Shown here piece after piece: positions 34,819 through 43,297 of a stretch of 43,297 nucleotides of DNA. The notes beneath the pieces are model-generated. The model saw nothing but the letters and a program-made list of their open reading frames with translations. It had not been told where the DNA came from and did not search any database. The stretch's first letter is position 1. Each line of letters begins with the position of its first letter. Origin of the DNA: Spirochaetes bacterium GWB1_36_13 (lineage in GTDB: Bacteria > Spirochaetota > GWB1-36-13). The stretch lies in assembly GCA_001829155.1 (NCBI GenBank), contig MIAO01000044.1:1-43297 (forward strand), given 5' to 3'. The translations under genes and the position numbers were made by a program.

Positions 34819-35277
34819 ATGGGAATGTTTCATTCAATCAATATCAGCGCATCAGGACTCGCCGCACAGAAAACCCGGCTTGATGTCATTTCAAACAACC
34901 TGGCCAATGTCAACACTACTAAAACTCCAGAGGGAGGGCCTTTCAGAAGGTCTTTAGTGATCTTACGCCCAAAAGATGAAAACATGACTTTCAAAAGCCA
35001 GTTTCTGCCACTCGGGATGCAGCCGAAACTCGGAGAAGGCGTGAAAGTGGTTAAAATTGAGAAAGACATCGCTCCCGGAAGACTGACCTACGACCCTACC
35101 CACCCGGATGCCTACCAGTACGGACCGAAAAAAGGGTATGTGGAAATGCCGAATGTCAATGTAGTCAAGGAAATGGTGGATATGATCGAAGCGACCCGCG
35201 CCTATGAAGCCAATGTCACCATGCTTTCCGCCTCAAAATCCATGTTTCAAAGAGGCGTCAATATCGGTATGAGATAA
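34819..35277 (+). CDS. flgC: Flagellar basal-body rod protein FlgC. Start at the ATG at 34819, with AGGAGG 7 nt upstream.
   Basis: MGMFHSINISASGLAAQKTRLDVISNNLANVNTT ... GYVEMPNVNVVKEMVDMIEATRAYEANV. The ORF-track start at 34789 is probably an upstream artefact. Confidence 0.9.
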   Translation: MGMFHSINISASGLAAQKTRLDVISNNLANVNTTKTPEGGPFRRSLVILRPKDENMTFKSQFLPLGMQPKLGEGVKVVKIEKDIAPGRLTYDPTHPDAYQYGPKKGYVEMPNVNVVKEMVDMIEATRAYEANVTMLSASKSMFQRGVNIGMR

Positions 35278-35592
35278 TCAGGATTTTTTATTCTTTACCT
35301 TTAATCCGTGAAGCTGGAAGACTCTTTCAGCTTCCTTTGAAAATCCCCGGAACACTATTTTTTCCTTGTAAGTCTGGTAAAATGATAAAAGGATTTGAAA
35401 TACAGAGGAATCCATTTTTTCTACTTCCCGTAAATTCAAGATTATCTTATCCCATTCCTTGATTTTATCAATCTGAAAATGAATCTCCCGATAAATCGAC
35501 TCTGCTTCCAAAACTCCCAGCTCGCCTTCCAGAGTAATAACCTGTTTTTTTTCATCGATAAAAACCATAAAAAATCCTTTTTCTCTTTTCAA
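35278..35592 (-). CDS. STAS-domain protein (anti-sigma-factor antagonist-like).
   Basis: 104 aa. ..VITLEGELGVLEAESI......IILNLREVEKMDSSVFQILLSFYQ......I.F.GFS..........GL matches the SpoIIAA/STAS pattern. Convergent with flgC. Confidence 0.55.
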   Translation of the reverse strand: MKREKGFFMVFIDEKKQVITLEGELGVLEAESIYREIHFQIDKIKEWDKIILNLREVEKMDSSVFQILLSFYQTYKEKIVFRGFSKEAERVFQLHGLKVKNKKS

Positions 35593-35637
35593 CTCTCTCT
35601 CATAAAGCCATTCTCAAAGCTGTAAATTTTAGTTTGC

Positions 35638-36237
35638 CTAATCAAAAATTTTTTTTCTGATAAGTATTCCTTCTAAAATAATTTTATAAAGGGTATCAAA
35701 TTCTTCTTCAGGCGAAAAAGAAAAATCTTTAAAAATATCTTCGATAAAAAGATTAAGCGTTAAATAATTCAAAATAGCCAGCATTATATCCATATTAAAA
35801 TCTTTTCTAATAAGATTTTTTTCCTGTCCCTCTATAATTAGTTTTTTGATATTAGTCGTAAAAAACTGCTTTGAAAAATCATTGATTTTTAAAAACAAAT
35901 CAGGTGCTTCTTTTTTTATATCTTTTAACATTAGTTTGGACTTGTTTCGATAAATATTAATATACTCCCAGATATCTTTTATTTTTAAAAAAAAATTCTT
36001 ATTACTACTATTAATTTCATTTAAAACCTGCATTGCTTCTTCTAAAAGATGATCAACCACCTGCTCCAAAATACTTTTTTTGCTTTCAAAATAAGTATAG
36101 ATTGTTTTTTTACTCCATCCGACCGAAGAAGCAATTTCATCAATATTCACTTTGCTGTAGCCAAATTGAAAAAACTGTTTTTCAGCTTCTTTTAAAATGC
36201 TGTTTTTTATCTCTGTTTTTTTACTTTTTCTAGGCAT
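35638..36237 (-). CDS. TetR-family transcriptional regulator.
   Basis: N-terminal TetR HTH: ILKEAEKQFFQFGYSKVNIDEIASSVGWSKKTIYTYFESKKSIL. Confidence 0.8.
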   Translation of the reverse strand: MPRKSKKTEIKNSILKEAEKQFFQFGYSKVNIDEIASSVGWSKKTIYTYFESKKSILEQVVDHLLEEAMQVLNEINSSNKNFFLKIKDIWEYINIYRNKSKLMLKDIKKEAPDLFLKINDFSKQFFTTNIKKLIIEGQEKNLIRKDFNMDIMLAILNYLTLNLFIEDIFKDFSFSPEEEFDTLYKIILEGILIRKKIFD

Positions 36238-36384
36238 TCTCTTTTCTTTTTTTATTATTTATTCTATAGATATAAAATATATTCACATACTTTTATTTTT
36301 TTTAATTTTGATATAATTTTGAGCCTCTAACCTCTTTTCTATTGTTTTCAATAAAAAAAGAGGTTAGTCTTCTTTTTACTATCC

Positions 36385-37866
36385 TTAAAAAAGATGTTCC
36401 AGTTTTATATATCCATAATCTTTCTCTTTAAACTGCCCCAGATTTGTATTTTGATTTCCTCCAAAAAACATACCTCCAACAATCAGCTTGGTCTCAATAC
36501 CAAGTTTTACTCTGAAATTCGGATTAAAAAAATAATCTTTCTCTTTCAGATTGTACGAACCGGCAAATTCCAGAAAAAACACCGAATTAAACCATTCATA
36601 ATTGACCGCCCAGATCAAAAGATGATTGATTTCATCAGCTGAAATCCCGGAGGCATAGAGCCCGTTTTCGTAATCAAAAATATAGTCAAAACTGTACTGT
36701 ATATTAAGATACAATTTTTGAATCAGAAAATCATTTTTATCAAACCCTAAAGTATTGGAAACCAATTTTTTCTCAACATATCCGTTTGACCCGTGTTTGA
36801 CATAAAGAGGAAAACTCGTATCCGTACCGGTTCCAAAAAGCATCCCTTTTGAAAAATACGCTGATTCGCCCCGAAAAACAAATCCAGCTCCGGCAGCTTT
36901 CTCAAAATCGAACCCCCACATAGTAATTCTGTTTAAGAACGGAGTCATACTATACCCTGCCGTACTTGTGGCATCTGGAGAAATCTTGATAAAAGGCTGA
37001 GGATGATAACCATTGTAAAAAGAAAGAGAAAAATCAATCTCAAACAACTGAAAATAGCCTTTTACAGCCAAATCAGAATGTTCGACTTTTTGATCCGGAA
37101 GCTTGTAAGCATTCATCCCGTAACCTTGTTTCAGCAATCCAAGATAATAAGGCGGCGAAAACGGAGACTGGTCATCCATAGTAAATTCAGCCGTCCTTTG
37201 AAGAGGAAACCAGATGGTTTCAAATCTCATCGTATCTGTGAATGTAAATACCGTCTTGACTCCAAACTTTCCAAACTTTCTGTCATTTCTATCTTCTATA
37301 AACTGGGTTGTTGTATCTTGCGGGCTTAGAATGTCTGTCGGCCTAAACTCATCTGCCTTCCCCCAGTTCACGGTTTGAATTCCTATGATCAGATTAAACT
37401 GATTTAATAAGCTGTCCGGCAGATATTCGCAATTAACACTTGCTTCCGGTATATCCAGCCTGAAATTTTCTCCCCGGCGGTATCCATCTACATTTTCGCC
37501 TGTCAAAGGATTGAGCTGATTTTCATAAAATTTGTTATAACGCGCATTGGCTTTCAGTTTAAAAATAATGTTTTTGTAAATCTGGTTCATTTCCAGCTGA
37601 ATCCGGTCATAATTCAATGAATAAGAATTGGGAGTCTTTATTCCTATTCCAAGAAAAGCCAGTAATTTTCCCTGAAATAAATAAGTTTTGCTTTCAGGGG
37701 ATGAAGCTCCGGTTTTACTATCTCCTCCATTTTTTTGTTCATCCAATTTCAAATCAGATAGTTCGATATCCAAATTTAATTCTTCTTCCACACCGTTTTC
37801 CTCGGAAAAAAGACAGGTAATTTGAAAGAAACTTATTAAAAAAAGGACAAAATAAAACCTTTTCAT
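36385..37866 (-). CDS. Outer-membrane beta-barrel protein, DUF1302-like.
   Basis: Signal peptide, abundant aromatic/Gly beta-strand pattern, C-terminal ...YIKLEHLF ending in Phe. Sits in an MMPL-associated module. Confidence 0.5.
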   Translation of the reverse strand: MKRFYFVLFLISFFQITCLFSEENGVEEELNLDIELSDLKLDEQKNGGDSKTGASSPESKTYLFQGKLLAFLGIGIKTPNSYSLNYDRIQLEMNQIYKNIIFKLKANARYNKFYENQLNPLTGENVDGYRRGENFRLDIPEASVNCEYLPDSLLNQFNLIIGIQTVNWGKADEFRPTDILSPQDTTTQFIEDRNDRKFGKFGVKTVFTFTDTMRFETIWFPLQRTAEFTMDDQSPFSPPYYLGLLKQGYGMNAYKLPDQKVEHSDLAVKGYFQLFEIDFSLSFYNGYHPQPFIKISPDATSTAGYSMTPFLNRITMWGFDFEKAAGAGFVFRGESAYFSKGMLFGTGTDTSFPLYVKHGSNGYVEKKLVSNTLGFDKNDFLIQKLYLNIQYSFDYIFDYENGLYASGISADEINHLLIWAVNYEWFNSVFFLEFAGSYNLKEKDYFFNPNFRVKLGIETKLIVGGMFFGGNQNTNLGQFKEKDYGYIKLEHLF

Positions 37867-38676
37867 TTAGTTCTCCTTCCAGGGTTTTGCCATATTCTGC
37901 TGAGTAAAATCACTTTCCTTAATATCCGAGGAGTCAATCACTATTTTTGTTAATATATTTTTTGTTTCATGATTGGATTCCATGTTTTTGATATAAATAA
38001 ACTGAGGGGTAAAGATTCCTTTTTTTACTTCCTTGATTTTTAAAGAAACCATTATTTTTTTCAGTTTTTGATCTTTTCCGTAAATTTTCATCTGCACCGG
38101 AATCATAGTTTTTTTATCGATCCAGATTTTCTTTTTTGGAAATTTTGCTTCTGAATTTTTATGAAGCGCTGTAATGAAATAACAGTCAAATTCCTCTCCT
38201 GAAATCTTGATTTTTTCATCCTTTTCTCTCTTATATTGATAGTCTTCAATTTTTGCAGATCCCATTTCTTCGTAAGAGAAGTCTGTGTCTTCAAATTCAT
38301 TTTGTTTTTCTGAAGCATCCACCTGTCTGGGTCTTCCTACTCCAGGAACAAACACATACTGAAGATTGTCTTCATTTTCTTCTCTTTCAACTGAAAGACT
38401 GGTCACATTGCGTTTTAAACCATCCATAAAACGAGCCAGCATTTTCTGCTTGCCGTTTATATAAATTGTTTTCTGGATAATCATCCTGCTTTCGATTTCT
38501 TTTCCTTTATCCAAAACCGTCATTTTTGCCCACACAATGGACTTGTCAAGATGATTGGAGTTTTTGGCTAAAACCACAATTTCTTTTCCTGTTAAGGATT
38601 GGTCATCTGCCATTAAAATCAAGCTGGTTGATAATAAGGATACAAGAAAAGTTCCAAGTAAAATTTTTTTCAGCAT
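37867..38676 (-). CDS. LolA-fold outer-membrane lipoprotein-sorting-like protein (DUF1329-like).
   Basis: Signal peptide MLKKILLGTFLVSLLSTSLILMA. Size and position match the LolA-like partner in MMPL/DUF1329/DUF1302 clusters. Adjacent to the next gene with no gap. Confidence 0.5.
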   Translation of the reverse strand: MLKKILLGTFLVSLLSTSLILMADDQSLTGKEIVVLAKNSNHLDKSIVWAKMTVLDKGKEIESRMIIQKTIYINGKQKMLARFMDGLKRNVTSLSVEREENEDNLQYVFVPGVGRPRQVDASEKQNEFEDTDFSYEEMGSAKIEDYQYKREKDEKIKISGEEFDCYFITALHKNSEAKFPKKKIWIDKKTMIPVQMKIYGKDQKLKKIMVSLKIKEVKKGIFTPQFIYIKNMESNHETKNILTKIVIDSSDIKESDFTQQNMAKPWKEN

Positions 38677-38716
38677 AGTTACACCTCTTTTTTTTTATTC
38701 ATAAAGTGATAAAAAA

Positions 38717-41656
38717 TCACTTTAAATTCATTTTTTTATAATGTTTTAATTTTTTTAACAGCAAAGGAATAAGCGTAATGGAAGCAAGTCCAGTAGCAAA
38801 CATCAACACAGTAGTCAATACCCCTACATAAATTAAACTGATTAAGTTACTCAGACAAAGCACTACAAATCCTGCGGAAACCGATAGAACATTGATTAAA
38901 ATCCTTTCTCCTGTAAGATAAACAATGGATGAATGAATAGATTCTGCCTTTGTATTGCCCTCCATAATTTTTTTTGTAAAATCATTATAGAAGTGAATAG
39001 TATAGTCTATTCCTGTTCCAATGGCTATCGCTGAGATAATTGCGCTTACCGCATTCAGTTTAATTCCAAAAAGACTCATGATTCCGTAATTAATTAATAC
39101 TGCCATAAAAAGAGGAAGAATTGCTATCAGCCCCATCATCAAAGAACGCTGCATATAAAACATGACCAAAAAAACGACCAGCATGGCAAGGATAATGCTT
39201 TGAATCTGATCTCTCACTACCATCTTATTGAGAGCTGATAAAATAGTCGAAAATCCTGTTTCCTCTATTTTATTTTTTACTTTCACTTCCTCATGAAAAA
39301 ACTGCTCCAAAAGTTTTCCTGAATGTTTTGTTAAAATTTCAATGCTTTCAGAACTTCCTGACTTTAAAATAAAAGTAACTTTAGTCTTCTGCTTTCCAGA
39401 ATCTAAAATACTCCTTGAATCATCCTGACTTAAAGTGCTGATAAAACTATAACATACTGCTTCTAATGCTTTTTTCTTTTCTTCTTTATCTTTAAAAACA
39501 ATCATATTTCCCTTAAAATCATAGATTTCATCAGGTATCTTATAAAAATCAGGATTGCTGAAATGCTGGGTCTGATTTGATTTTTTAATCATCTGAATGA
39601 GAGAGACTGATTTCCCTACCATTTCCAGTTTATTCATTTCATTTTGAAATGTGTCTATTTTTTTTATCAAACCATAGTCAAAAACTCCGTTCGGCTTCCC
39701 ACTGTCTATAATAATCTCATAGTTTGAGGTTCCGGCAAAATGAGTGCTCAAATAATGATCCGCTTTTTTGATTTTCGATTTTTCCTTAAACTGATCAATC
39801 ATATTGAGATCCACAACTATAAATGGAGCGGAAACAAGGGATAGCGAGATAATACTGATCACAAATATCCAGATTACCTTTGGTTTATGGAGAATCACAT
39901 TACTTAATTTTTCAAGATAGTGAGATATTTTCCCATGCTTTTCTTTCGTATCTTCGTCCTGAAGATTGATTTTGCTCAAAATATTTTTTGGTATCTTAAT
40001 AAAATGAAGAAGGGAAGGAACCAGAAAAAGTGCCAAAAACAATGCGTAAAAAACCCCTATCCCCGTAAAAAGTCCAAAAAACCTGAGAGATACCACTCCA
40101 TTAAAAACCATGGAAAAAAAACCTCCCATAGTGGTAAGGGTAGATAAAAAGACGGCAAAACCGATTCCCTCGACTGTCTTATGAAGCGCTTCCTTTTGCT
40201 CAACCTTGCTTTTTATCAGATAATAATAGCGGTGAACTATATGCACGCTGTATCCCGATGAAACAGCAATCAGAATAACAGGAACAATCGACAAAGCAGA
40301 GGTAACTGTCTTGCCAAAAAGAGCAATGGTTCCGAAAACCCAGATAGTTGCGATAAAGACTGAAAGCAATGGAAGAACTATACCGATCCAGTTTCTAAAA
40401 CTAAGGAAAAGAATCAATGAAAAAACAAGAAGAACTATTGGTACAAGCAGTTTTATATTCTTATAAATACTTTGACTCATTTCGTCTATAATCACTTGTT
40501 CGCCAGATATATAATATGTATATTCATCCTTCAGATTGTTTTTCAGAATATTACTAATATAAGGGGTCAGTTTTGCGATTTCTTCACCTTTTAAAAAAGG
40601 AACCATTTCAATTAAAATAACCGTAGTGTGATCTGGCATTGTCTTGGCAAAGAAAAAATTCTCAAAGAAATCCCATGACAGGAGACGGTTTTTAGACAGA
40701 AAGATTTCTTTTTTAGGATTTAAAGCAAATTGAGATAAATTAATCAGAGTTGTTGATTTAATTTTTTTCGGTGTTTCTTTTAAAATCTGGGACAAATCTT
40801 CAATCATACTTGTATTAAAGTTCTGAAAGATTTTAATTTCAGCCAGCTCAAAACTCATAACTTCGCAGACTTTTTCAAACTCACTGCTTTTCATCCATTC
40901 CTGAATGGTTCCCGGCTTAATAATATTCTTTTCCAGGAGATAATTAGATAGATCTACTCCTTTTTCTGATTTGATTTTATTATGCGCAAAAAAGACTTCT
41001 ATTGAGTCATTTTCTGTATATTCCGCATAAACAGTATTGACATTTATCAAAGAATTCACCTTACGGATTCTCATTTTCCATTCATTGTTTTCATCTGTAT
41101 TATGTTTTATTAATTGATAAACAGCGTCAGTATTTGAAGTCAATAAGTTTTGAATTTTTTTTCTGCCCTCCTCCTGCGGAAAGTTTTCTTCCAAAAGATT
41201 TTCATTGTTAAAAAGATTGGTTAAATCCTCTGATGCTTCAATCTCATAAAAAGCTTCATTGATTATTTTACAGACGGTTTGAAACTCTTCTTCAGATAAG
41301 GATTTGAAAATATTCCGGAGTTCGGATTTAAATATTTCATTGTCAATACTTTCTATTTCATCTGTTATTTTTTTCAGTTTTTCCAGAGTCTTTAGAGTAA
41401 ATATTTCATTTTTGCTTTCAATCGCAATCATCACCCCGCTTCCAGCGCCGAATTCCTTGATGGTCCAATCATAGATTATCTTGACCGGATGATCTTGAGG
41501 AATATCTTTTTTTAAATCATTTTCAATTTTTATTTGAGTTATAGCCGTAAAACCAAAAAATATCGTAAACAAAAAAGTTATTACAATGATTGTCTTTGGA
41601 TATTTCAGCCCCCTTTTTATCATTTCTGTAAAGAACCCATGTTTATTGTTTGACAT
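38717..41656 (-). CDS. MMPL-family RND transporter (two 6-TM bundles with sterol-sensing-domain-like core).
   Basis: 979 aa. Large periplasmic loop followed by a 6-TM cluster, twice. Conserved ...GIDY.IH... motifs in both halves. Confidence 0.85.
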   Translation of the reverse strand: MSNNKHGFFTEMIKRGLKYPKTIIVITFLFTIFFGFTAITQIKIENDLKKDIPQDHPVKIIYDWTIKEFGAGSGVMIAIESKNEIFTLKTLEKLKKITDEIESIDNEIFKSELRNIFKSLSEEEFQTVCKIINEAFYEIEASEDLTNLFNNENLLEENFPQEEGRKKIQNLLTSNTDAVYQLIKHNTDENNEWKMRIRKVNSLINVNTVYAEYTENDSIEVFFAHNKIKSEKGVDLSNYLLEKNIIKPGTIQEWMKSSEFEKVCEVMSFELAEIKIFQNFNTSMIEDLSQILKETPKKIKSTTLINLSQFALNPKKEIFLSKNRLLSWDFFENFFFAKTMPDHTTVILIEMVPFLKGEEIAKLTPYISNILKNNLKDEYTYYISGEQVIIDEMSQSIYKNIKLLVPIVLLVFSLILFLSFRNWIGIVLPLLSVFIATIWVFGTIALFGKTVTSALSIVPVILIAVSSGYSVHIVHRYYYLIKSKVEQKEALHKTVEGIGFAVFLSTLTTMGGFFSMVFNGVVSLRFFGLFTGIGVFYALFLALFLVPSLLHFIKIPKNILSKINLQDEDTKEKHGKISHYLEKLSNVILHKPKVIWIFVISIISLSLVSAPFIVVDLNMIDQFKEKSKIKKADHYLSTHFAGTSNYEIIIDSGKPNGVFDYGLIKKIDTFQNEMNKLEMVGKSVSLIQMIKKSNQTQHFSNPDFYKIPDEIYDFKGNMIVFKDKEEKKKALEAVCYSFISTLSQDDSRSILDSGKQKTKVTFILKSGSSESIEILTKHSGKLLEQFFHEEVKVKNKIEETGFSTILSALNKMVVRDQIQSIILAMLVVFLVMFYMQRSLMMGLIAILPLFMAVLINYGIMSLFGIKLNAVSAIISAIAIGTGIDYTIHFYNDFTKKIMEGNTKAESIHSSIVYLTGERILINVLSVSAGFVVLCLSNLISLIYVGVLTTVLMFATGLASITLIPLLLKKLKHYKKMNLK

Positions 41657-41883
41657 TGTATTCTCCTTTTATTTTTTAAGTTACTCGAGTAACCTTTTTA
41701 GTTTACTTAGTAAGTTTATAAAAAAAATATAACACAATATTTTTTCCCCGTCAAATTTTTTTTTGGAATCATCACAAATTCATGATAAATTTTACACATG
41801 GTTTTCCTTTTCACAGCGTAGATAAAATAGAATCTTTCCCGCCTTAAAATAAATCGAATTTAAAAATCAAGAGGAGTGTTAAA

Positions 41884-42789
41884 TTGGAGAAACAAGAACT
41901 CATTCAGGAAATCATCCGGCTGAAAAAAGAAAAAAACGCGGTTATTCTTGCCCACAATTACCAGACTCCCGAAATTCAGGAAATAGCTGATTTTGTAGGA
42001 GATTCGTTAGAACTTGCAAAAATATCTCATACCATTCCTAATCAAACGATTGTTTTTTGCGGCGTTTTTTTTATGGCTGAAACTGCTCACATTCTCGCCC
42101 CGGAAAAAAAAGTCCTTCTTCCCTCGCTGGATGCAGGCTGCCCCATGGCCGATATGGCGGATCCTCATGAAATCCTTGAGCTGAAAAAAGAACATCCCGA
42201 TGCCGCAGTGGTCACCTATGTCAATTCGACTGCTGAGATTAAAGCAATATCCGATATCTGCTGCACTTCATCCAATGCTTTTCAAGTCTTGAATTCAGTC
42301 AAAGAGAAAAAAATTATTTTTATCCCCGATAGAAATTTGGGTAGAAACCTTGCCCGATTTATTTCGAAAGAATTTTTTTATATTGTAGGATACTGCCCGG
42401 TTCATGAAGCAGTGAAAAAAGAAGAAATTCTGAAACTCAAAGAAATTATGCCCGATGCTGAAATCCTGATGCACCCGGAGGTCAATCCTGAGGTTGCTGT
42501 TTTTGCCGACAAGCTTTTAAGCACTGGAAATATCCTGAAATATGCAATGAATGTATCCAATAAAAACCTGATTATCGCCACCGAAGCAGGACTTCTCTAC
42601 CAGCTTCATAAAAAAGCGCCTCAAAACCGCTACTTCAACATCGGACGCGACATGATCTGCCCGAATATGAAGAAAACCAACCTTCAAAATGTTTATGAAG
42701 TCTTGAAAAACGAAAGCAATCAGGTAGTCCTCGACCCTGAAATCAGGGAAAAAGCAAAAAAATCCATTGTCAGGATGCTGGAAATTTAA
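41884..42789 (+). CDS. nadA: Quinolinate synthase A.
   Basis: 301 aa. ILAHNYQ, FCGV.FMAET, VTYVNSTAEIKA.SDICCTSSNA are canonical NadA motifs. TTG start with GAGGAG 7 nt upstream. Confidence 0.9.
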   Translation: MEKQELIQEIIRLKKEKNAVILAHNYQTPEIQEIADFVGDSLELAKISHTIPNQTIVFCGVFFMAETAHILAPEKKVLLPSLDAGCPMADMADPHEILELKKEHPDAAVVTYVNSTAEIKAISDICCTSSNAFQVLNSVKEKKIIFIPDRNLGRNLARFISKEFFYIVGYCPVHEAVKKEEILKLKEIMPDAEILMHPEVNPEVAVFADKLLSTGNILKYAMNVSNKNLIIATEAGLLYQLHKKAPQNRYFNIGRDMICPNMKKTNLQNVYEVLKNESNQVVLDPEIREKAKKSIVRMLEI

Positions 42790-42844
42790 TTTTTATATAA
42801 AGTCTAAAAACTAACATTAAAATAACCTCTATTTTTTTTCTTCG

Positions 42845-42943
42845 TTTTTATTTCTTCAACTCTGCACGACGCAGAGTTTCCTCGTCCGACTTGATTTCAG
42901 GGATGAAATCACGGAGGACTCCCCCTTGTCCTTAAAGACTTAA
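42845..42943. repeat. Inverted copy (copy B) of the ~100-bp element at 29976..30074. Its hairpin plus UUUCC could also act as a weak nadA terminator.
   Basis: The reverse complement of this region matches copy A. The hairpin CTCTGCACGACGCAGAG carries the compensatory variant. Confidence 0.6.
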
Positions 42944-43063
42944 CCCAACTTGCATTTTAGAATATCTAAGTAATTGATATAAAATATTTTATACATATTT
43001 ACAGGGCACTATAATTAGTTTTTTAAAACACTATATTTGATTATGAATTATTTATATATACTT

Positions 43064-43297
43064 TTATCGCTTTTTTTCATAAATTTTTGTTTTATTTCGT
43101 GCAAGTTGGGTTAATGGAAGGAAATTGTTTTTTGCGTACTTGACACCCGATTCAACCTTGCCTTTATGCTCTGGGGTTGAAGGTTTGCAAGGATTAATCT
43201 GAAACCCGTAATGAGATGCCAAATCAGAGTAAGTGCGGTTGGCAATCGGATCAAACAAAGACGCTTTTGTAATAGCGCTTTTTAAATTATCCGGCAC
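43064..43297 (-). pseudogene. IS21-family transposase (IstA-like) fragment. It runs off the window edge and is truncated about 30 aa after the catalytic E. No istB follows.
   Basis: ...NPCKPSTPEHKGKVESGVKYAKNNF matches the IS21 IstA motif around the DDE glutamate (KP..P.DKAKVE..V.Y...NF). The ORF ends too early for an intact IstA. Confidence 0.55.

Noticed and set aside
1-43297. Possible CRISPR array suggested by many short GC-rich palindromes.
   Set aside because: The palindromes (REP-like and hairpin families) are irregularly spaced, differ in sequence and lie in separate intergenic regions. There are no regularly spaced repeat-spacer units and no cas genes.

Overview
Low-GC (about 35-40%) bacterial chromosomal segment whose gene content looks Leptospira-like: a spirochete-type flgB-flgC pair, many lipobox lipoproteins, an expansion of DUF1566 (Lcl C-terminal) domains, and giant FN3/Ig-like/beta-propeller surface proteins. 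I cannot confirm the taxon without a database search.

Housekeeping anchors are alaS (13917..16499, -), nadA (41884..42789, +) and flgB/flgC (34345..35277, +). Around them sits a dense accessory landscape:
- Six large repeat-rich surface lipoprotein genes, two of them translationally coupled to paralogous small outer-membrane beta-barrel genes.
- A LuxR-type response regulator and histidine kinase pair lying tail-to-tail with an 837-aa ORF. This ORF aligns along its length to eukaryotic Major Vault Protein (MVP repeats, shoulder and cap-helix). That is the most unusual gene in the window.
- Three Rpn/YhgA-family PD-(D/E)XK nuclease/putative transposase genes, one internally deleted. They are bracketed by a REP-like palindromic repeat family ending in ATTGAGGGGATGAG.
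- A toxin-antitoxin-like locus (DUF2281-like gene plus a RelE/ParE-like remnant) split by a MITE-like element, which has a second copy about 22 kb away.
- A roughly 100-bp sequence present as inverted copies (with a compensatory stem change) flanking a 12.9-kb block.
- An IS21-family transposase fragment at the window edge.
- A known-type MMPL/DUF1329-like/DUF1302-like/TetR module.
- A very AT-rich three-gene islet of unknown function next to alaS.

No CRISPR array, rRNA or tRNA was seen.
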